Assembly (NCBI GenBank): GCA_963733195.1
Contig: CAVTCR010000042.1
Location: forward strand, 1-54,635
DNA: 54,635 nucleotides
Direction: 5' to 3'
Origin: an uncultured delta proteobacterium
GTDB lineage: Bacteria; Desulfobacterota; Binatia; Bin18
The notes under the pieces are model-generated. The model was not told the DNA's origin. It made no database searches and saw nothing but the letters and a program-made list of their open reading frames with translations. The translations under genes and the position numbers were made by a program. Shown in pieces: positions 11,500-22,099 of this stretch (the first letter of the stretch is position 1; each line of letters opens with the position of its first letter).

Positions 11500-11707
11500 C
11501 AATACTCTTCCACAAATCAGATATCGGTCTTGTCTCTCCTGCCAAAGCTTCCTTCCAGCCTTGCTTGAAACTCGCCTCGGCGGGCTTGAGCTCTACACTT
11601 TCACGGAACAGGCGAACAATCTGTAGGAGATTGAGTCTGTATTCTTCTGGCACTCCCTTGATTTCATGGACAAGTTGCTTTTCATAGGCTGAGAGTTTGG
11701 CACGCAT
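11489..11707 (-). CDS. antitoxin partner of the RelE-like toxin
   Basis: 72 aa ending SFKQGWKEALAGETRPISDLW. Overlaps the toxin start; RBS AAGGAG. Confidence 0.75.
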   Translation of the reverse strand: MRAKLSAYEKQLVHEIKGVPEEYRLNLLQIVRLFRESVELKPAEASFKQGWKEALAGETRPISDLWKSIDAE

Positions 11708-11757
11708 CTTCGTCTCCTTAGCGGGAAGTCTGGCTGTTGACCACTTGAAAACGTAGT

Positions 11758-11856
11758 CTACTTTACCTCTGCTTTATGTGAGGCAACAAGGGTATGGGAG
11801 CTGCACCCCATCTTATTCGTTAGCGAGCGTAAAAAGCTGATGCCGGTCCCAAAGGA
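11758..11856. repeat. direct repeat B1: copy of the 3' end of the SNF2-Mrr gene (18931-19028)
   Basis: ctactttacctctgctttatgtgaggcaacaagggtatggga...tagcgagcgtaaaaagctgatg is present at both sites. Confidence 0.88.
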
Positions 11857-11899
11857 TTATAATGCCTATGAGCTAACTTTGTCGCACGGTGGAGGATGG

Positions 11900-12116
11900 A
11901 CAGTTAAATGCGTGAGGATTTTTTGCCCGCCTGCCACATTCAGTAGTGGGAACGCAGATGCAAGCTGGCATTCCCTGGCTTTTGACTAGCGCACCCATTG
12001 GTGTCAGGTCTCCTGCTCCCCTGCTCGGACAACATACGGATGAAGTATTGCATGATGTGTTAGGTTATGCAGATGAGGACATTGCACGGCTGAGAGAACA
12101 GCAGGTTTTGTACTAA
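11900..12116 (+). pseudogene. 3' fragment of a CaiB/BaiF CoA-transferase
   Basis: RSPAPLLGQHTDEVLHDVLGYADEDIARLREQQVLY followed by a stop; no upstream part present. Confidence 0.7.
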
Positions 12117-13182
12117 TCTGCATTTATTCATCGAGTCATTGGGGTATTGAAAAGCAAAGTTGAAAAGCCAATGTTTCAACAACTCAATTCTTCAATGGCC
12201 CGAGAGCTCAATCTCTCACTGACTCAATTCTTCGATCAGCGTCTTGGCCTCTCGCAAATCCTTTGTATCAAATCCCTCAGTGAACCAGTTGTAGACCTCC
12301 GACAACATCTGGCGAGCTTCTTTCTGCTTGCCTTGTTTCTGCCACAGACCGGGCCAGACTCGTTGCTGCCTGTAGTTCCAAGGACTTTCGCCTCTTGACT
12401 ACGGGCGACATCGAGGGCCTGCCGAAAGCACTTCTCCGCTTCGCCTTGGGGGTAGGGGGTCAGGGATAGGGGATCGGTATTTTTCGACTTTGGACTCTGG
12501 ACTTTGGACTTTGGACTTTTTTCAACTTGAAACTCTACGTTTTGGCCTCCGACCTTGAGCAGCGTTAGCGACCCTTTCAGCATATACGCCCCTACCTCGT
12601 ACAGACGCTGACCAGATTTGTATATCAAGACGTAGTGCCTCGGTGAGCAGCGCTAATCCTTGATCTGATTGCCCTCGGCTATCCCATGGGCCGCGGCTAC
12701 AGCGCAGGGAAGAAAACCCGGGAGTACCAGCTACACTTCCCTTCGCGAGTGAGTGTCCATGCTGTTAACTATAGTGCGCATCAGTGTAAGCCCTTCCTCC
12801 TTGTACCCTAGCGCAATTTACGCACAGCCTTGTAAGAAAGAACTCCGAATGCTACAAATTAAATAAGAACTTGGAGCCGTGCGGATAGATAAACGCCGAT
12901 AACTCCTCCGTCCGTTCTAGCGAGTTTCCCGTACATCTTTGCGAAACTGATGGACTGGGCAACAAGCCGTAGCGCAGTAGCAAAGCTATGGGGGTGTGAG
13001 ATCTGTCTAGCCAGAGCGAGCGCTTCGTGAACCCTCTGAAGGGCCTGCTCGGGATAGCCTAGAACAATGCCAGAGACACCAGGCGAAACTAACCCCATGA
13101 AGCACAAGCAAGCACCCCAGCAAAAGTCTGATACGGCAGCGGCTGGGAATAATATAAAACGAGTACTTGCTCAAAACTCTAA

Positions 13183-14089
13183 GAGCCTATCCGGATAACT
13201 AGATTTTGCTATGCTGCTCTTTATGAGACAAACAAGCAAGAAACAGCAGCGGGCAGCGGTGAACAAAGTAACCGCAGGATTTCGGGTGTCCGATGAGTTG
13301 TGGGCAGTGCTCGCGCCCGTGCTCCCGAAGCACCGCAACACCCATCGCTTCGGCGGAGGGAAGCCACGGACCCGGATAGGCAGTGTGCCGATGCGATTTT
13401 CTACGTGCTGCGGACAGGGTGTCAGTGGGGAGCGTTGGACGCGACCGAGTTGTGTCCCTATTCCACGGCGCATGATCGGTTTCAAGCCTGGGTAGCCGCC
13501 GGGGTTTTTCTGAAGTTGTGGAAAGCCGGGGTGGAACAGTTCGATGATTTGAAGGGGATCGATTGGAACTGGTTGAGAATGGATGGAGCGATGACCAAAG
13601 CGCCGCTGGGAGGGGAAAAAAACCGGTCCCAACCCGACGGACCGCGCCAAACACGGCGTGAAACGCAGCCTGCTGACCGAAGCCCATGGGGTCCCGATCG
13701 GCTTGGCTATTGACGGCGCCAATCGGCATGACATGAAGTTGGTCAAACAAACCATGAAGAGCATGGTATTGAAACGCCCCGCCCGACCAAGAAACGCCCA
13801 CAGGGCATGTGTATGGACAAAGGATATGACTACGAGGAAGTACGCGAGATGCTGACAGGAGTTTGGCTTCACGGCCCACATTCGCTCACGGGGCGAAGAA
13901 GCGCAAGAAGATCAAACGGCACGCAGCTTTAAAGCAAGACGATGGGTGGTGGAGCGTACACATAGTTGGATGAATCGCTTTCGGCGCATCTTAATCGCTG
14001 GGACAAGACGGCCGGAGAACTATCTTGCCTTCTGCATTTTGCCTGTGCCCTAATCGCGTTCCGCGCAGCAGGGTTATTCGGATAGGCTC
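13183..14089 (+). mobile_element. IS5-family insertion sequence (~0.9 kb)
   Basis: Terminal inverted repeats GAGCCTATCCGGATAAC / GTTATTCGGATAGGCTC, flanked by TAA and TCA. Confidence 0.9.
13223..14085 (+). CDS. IS5-family transposase (frameshifted)
   Basis: SDELW, AIFYVLRTGCQW, STAHDRFQAW, a GGGGAAAAAAA slippery site at ~13612, GANRHD, DKGYD, RWVVERTHSWMNRFRR. Confidence 0.9.
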
Positions 14090-16301
14090 TCAAAGTACAG
14101 AACAGCGGGATCGCCTGCGCGAGATGCATCTATCCGAGAAGCCCTAGATTGCTTAAGGATGAAGCAAGATGAAGGAGTCGATCTCGCCACCTTCTACACG
14201 CTTTATTATACTCTGATCGCGCGAGCTTGTAGAGTATAGCACTTCGCAGGATGGGAAATAGCTGAAGGGATTTCTTCTACTTTAGTACTCGGTTTGAATG
14301 CTTTGATAGTATACTCTTTGTCCTTCAAGTGCGATAGAACTTACGGGTGGCCATAAACGCCAAGCCCAGCGGGATCTGTAAGTTCGAACTCTTGGCGGAT
14401 GGCGTTCGACCGTTTCCGGGAGCGTTTTGAGTAACTCTAGATCCTTTGCTGAGGTGGCTGATAGCTTCTGGATATTGGCACGAGCGCTGTATGGCATTCT
14501 CGCCTGCGTGCTGCAGATAGAGGATTGCCCTGTCATAGAGGCCGTCCTTGCTCAAAATGCACTGGCCAGTTCTGCGGCAATCTCTTTAGGCCCGGTCGCC
14601 GTAGGCTTGTTCTTTTCGCTTCCCTATCCGCAGATGCCATTGTTGCCGTTGTCCCACGCTCACCTGTTCGTGCCAAAACTCTTGATACAACGCATGCAGA
14701 AAACCATACCGCGCCGCGTATGTCCCATCCGGCCATTCACTTATCCCCGCAAGCCGCAGAAACTGCTGCTGCTCCACTAGCCGACTACAGTGCCTCTCGA
14801 CTTGGGTCGTTTCGGTCTCCAAGGCCGCCGCTACTGACGCTGCCGAGAACTCCAAGCCCGCGAGACTCGCCGCTTCTAACACTCGGTGTTCCTCACTCCC
14901 CAACCGGTCCTGCTGTCGTGTCAGCACCTGCTGGACACTCTCGGGCGTCCACGTCTCCAGCTCAGCTCCGTCTCCGAGCATGGCCCACAGGCCGTCGTCG
15001 GCTTGCACGAGGACCTCGCTCTGTACCAGCTCCTGCACCAGCGTCATCAGAAAGAGCGGATTGCCATCCGAGCGGCGATAGAGGACCTGGGCCAACCGAG
15101 TCGGGAAGACGCTCTGGGGAAAGCGCTGGGCAAGGTAGTCCTCCACCGCGGCTTCGCTGAGCCGAGTCACTGATAGTTCGTGTGCCCGCTGATGCGCGTA
15201 GAGGTCGTTGGTCAACGGCTTGAGGGGATGATTGTCTGCGAGCATTTCCACCGGTCGGTACGTGCTCACGATGAGTAACCGAGCAGGCTCGCGTCGTCGC
15301 GCGAGCAACGACAGCAGCTCTAACGTCGAGGTATCACTCCAGTGTATATCCTCCAGCCACAACACTAGCGGACGCTCGGCAGTAACAACGTCCATCGCCT
15401 CACCCATCTCTCGTAGCATTCGCTCGCGCATCACGCCTTGGGTCTGTCTTTGTAATGCTTCGAGATCCACCGCGGACAGGAGTGTCGGCATCTGCACCAA
15501 CCACGTCGGCGCACGTTCACGGAGCACGGCAATCAGCCGTTCCCCCCCAGGCTCGCGACACAGTCGTCCCAGCGCTTCTAGGATCGGCATGTACGGTTCA
15601 CCGGGGCCGTACTGCTCGATACACTGGCCGTGGGCAAAGCTAGGGAGCTAGGAGTCTGGGGGTAGAGCTGGGAGCAATGGAGAAGAGGTGCTTATTGCTC
15701 TTTGCTCCGTGCTCCGTGCTCCGTGCTCTGAGCGATAAACGCTTCGACGAGCGTGGTCTTGCCAATCCCTGGCTCGCCCGTGACGAAGACGATTTGGCGC
15801 TCGCCGTTCAGTGTTTTACCTAACCATAAGTGAAGTTGCGCGAGTTCGGTTTCACGACCGACCAGAACGGGGACTGGGCGTTGGGGGTTAGGGGCTAGGT
15901 TTGGGGCTTTGACACTTCGGACGTGGAAGTTTCCGACTACTGCCTACGGACTGCTGACTACTGGGTACTTCGCAATGAAGCGATAGCCGCGCCGATGCAC
16001 CGTCACGATAAATCGTGGCGTCTGGCGATCATCTCCTAGGGCACGGCGCAGCTCCTGCACACAAACCCCTGGCGCGACATCACTCACGGCGGTCTCGGCC
16101 CAGACGGCATCACAGGAGCGCCTCCTTCGTCACGAGTTGATTGGCGTGTTCCAGTAAATAGCGCAACACGGCAAAGGTTTTCTGTCTGAGGGGAATCTCC
16201 TGCGTATTGCGCCACAACTGCTCGTTGACCAGATCGAGACGAAACGGCGAGAAGCAAAGATCGTTCTCTGAATTCATGCCTCCCTTTACCACGTTTACGG
16301 A

Positions 16302-16342
16302 ACAATTGACATGAAATTGTCAAGAAATTGTGTAGAAATTGT
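16302..16342. promoter_or_regulatory. 11-bp-period direct repeats (putative wHTH binding sites)
   Basis: GAAATTGT at 16313, 16324 and 16335, with a weaker ACAATTGA at 16302, just upstream of the regulator start. Confidence 0.55.
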
Positions 16343-16483
16343 GAGACTTCCTCTCCTCATCGGCCTTATGCTCCTTTCACACAAAAGAAAAGAAAGGAGA
16401 GGGGCTTATGTCAGCAGCAAACAACGCTGTGGTTCGTCGTCTCATCTCGGAACGGTATGAGCGCAGGCAGCTCGCTCAATGCC

Positions 16484-16545
16484 GTAGCCCGGATGGAATG
16501 AAACAGAATCCGGGAACACACTTACCTGGATTTCATCCGGGCTAC
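16484..16545. repeat. GTAG-type REP-like palindrome
   Basis: GTAGCCCGGATG...CATCCGGGCTAC, a 12-bp perfect inverted repeat. Confidence 0.7.
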
Positions 16546-16718
16546 AGACTGAGCAGAAAGGAGGTACACCAGCAAAAGTAGTCATTGACAAAGCGAAGTA
16601 GCATTACAGTTTTCACACGCTGTTCTCACCTTAATAAATGAAGCGACAAGATAAGATGCGACCACTGTGTCAGTCGCTCAATCTCGCCACGCATCTCCGT
16701 GGCCACAGGAGATTATCA

Positions 16719-17252
16719 ATGAAACCGATACAAAATCTGGCTTTAGTAAGGACAACTGTGAAACGCAAGGCAAGTGCCCTGTTGGTTGGCTTCGCCACGC
16801 TTGCTCTGATTGGAAGTGTGGGCAGCATGAGCTCAACTGCGAGTGCCGACAGCTCAGCTCGCATCGAAGGGTCCTGGATTTCCGCAATATCGACCCCCGA
16901 GGTCTCTTTCACCGCGCTCTCTTCGTTTACTGCAGGCGGCGTCTTCCTGGCGACGGGTTCGTTTGATCGGGTGAATCCAGTTTCACCATTGTATGGCAGT
17001 TGGAAGCGCATTGGACCGCGTCGCTTCAGTTCGACCGCATATTTCTTTGCCTTTGATCCTGCGAATCCCAACAGTGAAGCGGTGGCAATGCTTAAAACCA
17101 CATCAGAACTACAACTCAACAATTTGGATGAACTGGTAGGGGTTGGGGATCTGAACAGTTGTGACCTGCAAGGCCAAAACTGCGTAAATATTCAGGGGGG
17201 AGCCGTCGATTTTATTGGCAAGCGAATCGTACCCGAGCGCCTAAGCCAGTAG
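16719..17252 (+). CDS. exported beta-rich hypothetical protein
   Basis: AGGAG RBS, signal peptide ending ASA, IEGSW and GSWKRIG strands, one Cys pair. Divergent from the wHTH-AAA regulator. Confidence 0.75.
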   Translation: MKPIQNLALVRTTVKRKASALLVGFATLALIGSVGSMSSTASADSSARIEGSWISAISTPEVSFTALSSFTAGGVFLATGSFDRVNPVSPLYGSWKRIGPRRFSSTAYFFAFDPANPNSEAVAMLKTTSELQLNNLDELVGVGDLNSCDLQGQNCVNIQGGAVDFIGKRIVPERLSQ

Positions 17253-17737
17253 GAGTCCTAAGGGGTCCTACTCCTCATTCGAGTTGCTAGAGTTCTCTAT
17301 TCCCACGTGCTCAAAGGCCTCGGAGGTTTATTAGAATTCCTCTAGACCAGGATACACAACCGCTAAAGGATTTCCTATATCACCAAGTACCCAAGTACCT
17401 CCAAATCCCAAGGACTTGTTACCATCACATGGCAATAAGTCCCTTGAGTGAACGACAGTCTGCACCTGCACTGATCCCGCGTTGACCGTAACAACAATGG
17501 CACGGATATTTGGGGCACGTACTGCCGCGGCAAGCAGCCAGCGTTACTACAAGCGCATGCTGCCAGTCCAAAGTATTCATCCGCTGTGAGCGGTTTAACG
17601 TAATAATGAGGATTTCATAGGTAATAGCGTATTGTATGACTTGTAGCGCCATCGCCGCTGAATACTATCCTCTCAGTATAATGGCAACAAGATCGCGCAT
17701 CCAGAAGACAAGTGGGTCTCTTATTAACTCACCAGAC

Positions 17738-18066
17738 TAAAAAGCAGATGGCGGTCCCAGATGGTAAAGTCTCGCTCTTTGGGAAAAGCAATGGTAAGCG
17801 CAGTGAATAAGCTGGGACAAAGCAAGACCCTGCGAGCACCCGACAATAGTTTCGGTAGTGCGCCGTTCAGTGCAAGCACCACTTCGGAACTGCAATAGGG
17901 GAGGCATGGTTTTTACAATGAATGTACAGGATCAGCTCTACTCCCACGTCATTGAAAAGGCTAGCAATGAGGTCACTGCCGCTTTCGCGTGTCATAGGCC
18001 TGCTTTCCACTTGCAACACTTTGACGCTCTAAGAGTCGCTGGACATACAGTCTCAAACGCCACGTC
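17738..18066 (-). pseudogene. degenerate second copy of the Mrr domain (matches ~19003-19330)
   Basis: Shared blocks ggtagtgcgccgttcag, gaggcatggtttttaca, tgaatgtacaggatcag, gtcgctggacata and gtctcaaac. Confidence 0.75.
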
Positions 18067-18268
18067 ACTGCTGTAGGTACCAACCCATTTGTCCTCAAGA
18101 AGAGTTTCGAGCTTGCGGACCAAGTCAGTCTTCGTCGCCAGCGTCTTTCCCGGTGAGAATGAGCGCCCGCTCTTTGCCTAACCGTTCCATTTCTTTCGGC
18201 ACCTTGGCGATCGAGCCTGCACCAAAAATGACTTTCTCAAGTTGGGGAAATTTGTATTCGCGAATCAT
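18067..18268 (-). pseudogene. 5' fragment of Fe-ADH (repeat A2)
   Basis: MIREYKFPQLEKVIFGAGSIAKVPKEMERLGKERA... stops abruptly after KWVGTYSS and joins the Mrr copy. Confidence 0.85.
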
Positions 18269-18328
18269 AAAGTCCTCCTTATATTTCTCGCCGCATGGTG
18301 CGCTCGCTACAGGTCGATTTATTTTCAC

Positions 18329-18596
18329 TCAACCTGCTTGTTGTCTCGCTTTCTCAATTAAGCCTAACTCATAGTCAATTCGCTCTGCGAGCCACCGCTT
18401 CGCGAGTTCCTCAGCACTGCTGGTTCCGTGGAACAGCGCGAGAGTATTGAGCCGTTTTGCCAGAGTGGGAGTAAGCCGAATCACAGGAGGGCGAACTACG
18501 CTGGTAAAACCTTCGACGCGCTCCCACAGCTCAGGTCGATCTGTCTCTTTTCGAAGGCTTTCTACTCGCTTTCTTAGAGGGTCGTTTTAATTTCAT
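18329..18596 (-). CDS. CopG/RHH-type antitoxin (BrnA-like; one frameshift)
   Basis: IRLTPTLAKRLNTLALFHGTSSAEELAKRWLAERI. Starts 3 bp after the BrnT-like stop. Confidence 0.65.
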
Positions 18597-18599
18597 ACT

Positions 18600-18891
18600 C
18601 TATCCCAAAGGCCAAGCCGTGATCACTCGCACCAAGGCTGTCGTCCGTCCAGCACCAGTCCGGTGACGTTCTCGGATGAAAAAGATCACGTTGAGCCTCC
18701 TCCCGGTATCAGTTCTACCAATAAGTCGATACGTTGGGTATTGTCGCTGTTTCCGTTTGTTACGATAGACTTCGTGATTATTAAAGAAACACTCCTCGCA
18801 CTCCCATTCGGTAACATCTATGTCCTTCAATCTCGACAAGGTTGTTGCTGTCCCATGCAAACTCAATCTCTGCAAATTTGGTTAAGTCCAC
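18600..18891 (-). CDS. brnT: BrnT-family toxin (one frameshift)
   Basis: EFAWDSNN..I..H.V...E.EECFFN, YRLIGRTDTGRRLNVIF, VRVITAW. Confidence 0.75.
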
Positions 18892-18930
18892 TCTCGTCTG
18901 CCCACCGATTGCTCCCCGCTGGAAGTTTTT

Positions 18931-21180
18931 CTACTTTACCTCTGCTTTATGTGAGGCAACAAGGGTATGGGAACGGCACCCCATCTCATTCATTAGCGAG
19001 CGTAAAAAGCTGATGGCGGTCCCAGAGGGTAAGGTCTCGCTCTTTGGCAAAAGCAATCGTACTCGCAGTGAATCCGCTTGGACAAACCAACACCCCACGA
19101 GCACCCGACAATTGCTTCGGTAGTGCGCCGTTCAGCGCACGCGCGACTTCCACACCAACAGGTGAGGCATGGTTTTTACATTGAATGTACAGGATCAGTT
19201 CTCACTCCCACCTCATCGACACGGCGTGCAATGAGGTCAATGCCACGATCGCGTGTAATAGGCGTGGTTTCCACTTGCCATCCTTTGCGCTCCAACAGTC
19301 GCTGGACATAGGTCTCAAACTCCACACCACTCATGTCGGCGTAATTCGCTGGCGGCTCGCTGCTGCGACGCACCGATGCCGTCGGCGCCGGAGGGGTCAG
19401 TCCAAACAGGCCGAACAACTCCTCGGTCGTCAGCTTAGACTGAATATCAATGGACACATCATCAACCACTTCGTCAAAAAGCAACTGTTTCTGCTGCAAG
19501 ACGTGCTCGATCCGCTCTTCGATTGTGTTTTCGCAGGTGTAGACGTACACGTTCGCCGGAAAGACTTGACCAAACCGATGGCTGCGATCCTCTGCTTGAT
19601 GGCCAATGGCGGGATTCCACCAGCGGTCGAAATGGAAGACATATGACGCTTCTTGTAGGTTCAGCCCCTGACCACCGGCGCGCAACGACAGGATCAACAC
19701 TTTATGTGTAGGGTCCGCCTTGAAAGCTTTGATCGTCGTCTCTTTCTGTGCAGTCGGCATATCTCCCGTGTACAGCAGTGGTTGAAACGGCTTCAACCTC
19801 GCGGTAATCGCCCGACCACCATAACGGTCGTCAGCGAATTGCGAGAAAATCAGCGCACGGTGTTCTTCAGCAGCTAAGGTACGTAAGCGCTCGCGGATGT
19901 CGTCGAGTTTTGCCGAGCGTCCAGTCAGCGGACAAAAATTGCAAATCTGCTTGAGCCGGGTCACCAGTTCCAATACGTTCTCGACACGCGCCGCTTCGCC
20001 CTTCTCGCGTAAATGGAAGATGCCTTCTCGTTCTGCACGGTCATAGCTTTCACGCTGTGGCCCTTCGAGCTTGAGTGCGATGCGGCTGACAATCTTCGGT
20101 GGCAATTGTGGCAGCACATCGGCTTTCTTACGGCGCAGTTGCACCTGCGCTTGTCTTTCGCGCAGCTTCGGCCCAGGGAGTAACCGTTGTGGTGTTTCCC
20201 CCTCTGCCAGTGGTGTAACAAATTCGAGAATGGACGCGAGATCATCCACGCTGTTTTCTAATGGTGTCCCGGCCAGCGCCCAGGCACGGCGTCGATTCAG
20301 TCGTTTACATTTCGCACTGATCTCAGCCTCACGATTTTTGATCGTCTGCGCTTCGTCGAGAATCACCACATCCCAGACTCGGCGTCGCGGCGGCGAATGG
20401 AGATTTTCAGTAAAATCGGCACGGAAGGTTTCGTAGCTGACCAGGTAGACATGCGCTGCCGTCGTCCACTGCCAGGAGCGTTCACTCGCCGGACCGCGAA
20501 TAGTCGAGACCCGTAACTCCGGCGCCCAGCGCTGGAACTCTTTGCGCCATTGATCGATGAGACCTGCACGCACAATAAGCAGGGCAGACTCAATGCTGCG
20601 TTGCAAGGTTAACAATCGGAGCGCTGCGATCGTCTGAATTGTTTTCCCCAGTCCCATGTCATCGGCGAGCAACAGTGCGTCGTGTGACATGAGCGCATGA
20701 ATGCCTTCCAGTTGGTAGGCAAACAAAGTTCCGGGCCATTCCAAGGGACCATTCTTTGTCAGCAACAACTCCGTGGGAGGTTGCATGAGATACGCCAGCC
20801 GTTTCCATAGTGGGACTTGTGGTGGCGTCTGTGGTCGCTCGTTCGTGAAGAAATGGTGATCTGCCGTTGATGGTTTAGAGAAAGGAAGCCGAGGCGTCGG
20901 CTCGGTCATCAACAATACGCCCGCCAGATTTACACTGCCGTTTTCTGCCTTGGCAGCGGGCACTAGGTCCACGGTGAGATTCGTCGCAGGAGTGATAAAT
21001 GATAGAACTGGAAGTGATATTCTTGCAGTGAGCCGCGAGGGAGCACTAAGGCAGTGTCAGTCGCCGGGCATGGCGTTCAGCGATGCGGAGCTCGTCGGCG
21101 AAAAACGCGCAGCCAGCGAGCACGTGGTGTCTCTTCGCCATTGCTGTTTTGCCACCAGGAATTCCCTCACCCGTAGTCAT
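18931..21180 (-). CDS. SNF2-family helicase fused to a C-terminal Mrr-like restriction endonuclease (frameshifts near both ends)
   Basis: Helicase motifs LADDMGLGKT, ILDEAQ, GTPLEN, LIFSQF, GGQGLNL, DRWWNPA, EDRSHRFGQ. Mrr domain SGVEFETYVQRLL...DRGIDLIA...IQCK, continuing in another frame to TAG at 18931-18933. Confidence 0.9.
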
Positions 21181-21238
21181 TTACCGCTTTTCTGACGTTG
21201 GTTCGTTGGAGTCTGCTCGCAAACGATACGCTGTTTCA

Positions 21239-21427
21239 TCAGGCTTTCGCCTTTAACTGTCGAAGGATTTCTAGCGCCGCTTCGAGCGTAATCTCCGTAG
21301 TTGCTCGCGTCTTATTGACTTCCTCGTGGATCTTGAGCAGCGTTCGCGCTTGGATCGCGAATGACACCGCTTGTGAAATACCCCAAGCAACCAACAGCGC
21401 GGCGATAAGAGCGTGCATGGAATCCAT
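21239..21427 (-). CDS. small single-TM, coiled-coil protein (62 aa)
   Basis: GGAGG RBS before MDSMHALIAALLVAWGISQAVSFAIQA. Confidence 0.55.
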   Translation of the reverse strand: MDSMHALIAALLVAWGISQAVSFAIQARTLLKIHEEVNKTRATTEITLEAALEILRQLKAKA

Positions 21428-21501
21428 AGTGCCTCCATAGTTTTGCCATATATTTGTCTGATCGTAGCAGCCGGAAGCGCAGACACGTCGCAAGAGCATT
21501 C

Positions 21502-22053
21502 CTACGTCATCTTATTATCTTTTGTCCGATACACCTCTCGCAACCCAACGGAGGCACGATCAAACGGCTCCAGCAACAACCCTCTCGCAGCCACAAGTTG
21601 TAGAAGCCGCAGTTCGATCGAATCTTCTGCCGGTTTTCCTGGAAACCAAAACGCATGTACTGGTTCAGAAGTCTGAACAACGTCTTCGGTCTCGGTACTG
21701 GCATGAGGCAACGTTTCACGACTCGGAGCAAGGCGACAGACTGGAATGGACACCTGGATATCCTGGCAAAACAATTCGCTGCCGACTTCTTTGGCAAGAC
21801 AGAGCAACAGCCGTGGCGTTCGTGGACAGAGAGAGAAGAGCGAGGCAGTCAGTTTCCTGGCGGCGTTTCGTCGCAGGTCATCTTGTCGCCATAAAAAGGT
21901 TTGGGGTGTATCGATACGGTTGTAAGTAAATTCTAGCGGTTCACCACGGGCATTGAGCAGAAATAGCGCACCCAGATACCCTGCACTGTCAACCAAGGGC
22001 TCGATTTTGAGATAACCAACTGCTCCCAGTTCATCGAGGTCGTCAGCTGTCAC
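21502..22053 (-). CDS. hypothetical alpha/beta protein (183 aa)
   Basis: Intact ORF with VGYLKI...GYLGALFLLNARGEPLEF and C-terminal LLEPFDRA..GLRE. Co-oriented with SNF2-Mrr. Confidence 0.75.
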   Translation of the reverse strand: MTADDLDELGAVGYLKIEPLVDSAGYLGALFLLNARGEPLEFTYNRIDTPQTFLWRQDDLRRNAARKLTASLFSLCPRTPRLLLCLAKEVGSELFCQDIQVSIPVCRLAPSRETLPHASTETEDVVQTSEPVHAFWFPGKPAEDSIELRLLQLVAARGLLLEPFDRASVGLREVYRTKDNKMT

Positions 22054-22099
22054 GATACGGAATGGGCATGGGTTAATTTCACCAGGTGCAGGCGGCTAA

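Larger units (their letters stand above)
12216..16277 (-). pseudogene. winged-HTH (Trans_reg_C) + AAA ATPase + TPR regulator, interrupted by IS5 and degraded in the TPR region
   Basis: N-terminal FRLDLVNEQLWR...VHRRGYRF, Walker A VTGEPGIGKT (~15760), LEDIHWSD, GNPLF and C-terminal [10 protein letters not shown]. Paralog of 50874-53981. Confidence 0.85.

Noticed and set aside
13171-13881. Long minus-strand ORFs (236 and 226 aa)
   Set aside because: Antisense shadows of the IS5 transposase.
16409-16483. Short ORF start MSAANNAVVRRLISE with strong RBS (SnoaL-like N-terminus)
   Set aside because: It runs into a REP palindrome after about 25 codons, too short to support a call.
17253-17737. Possible genes between the exported protein and the Mrr copy
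   Set aside because: Noisy sequence with only short motif-less ORFs.
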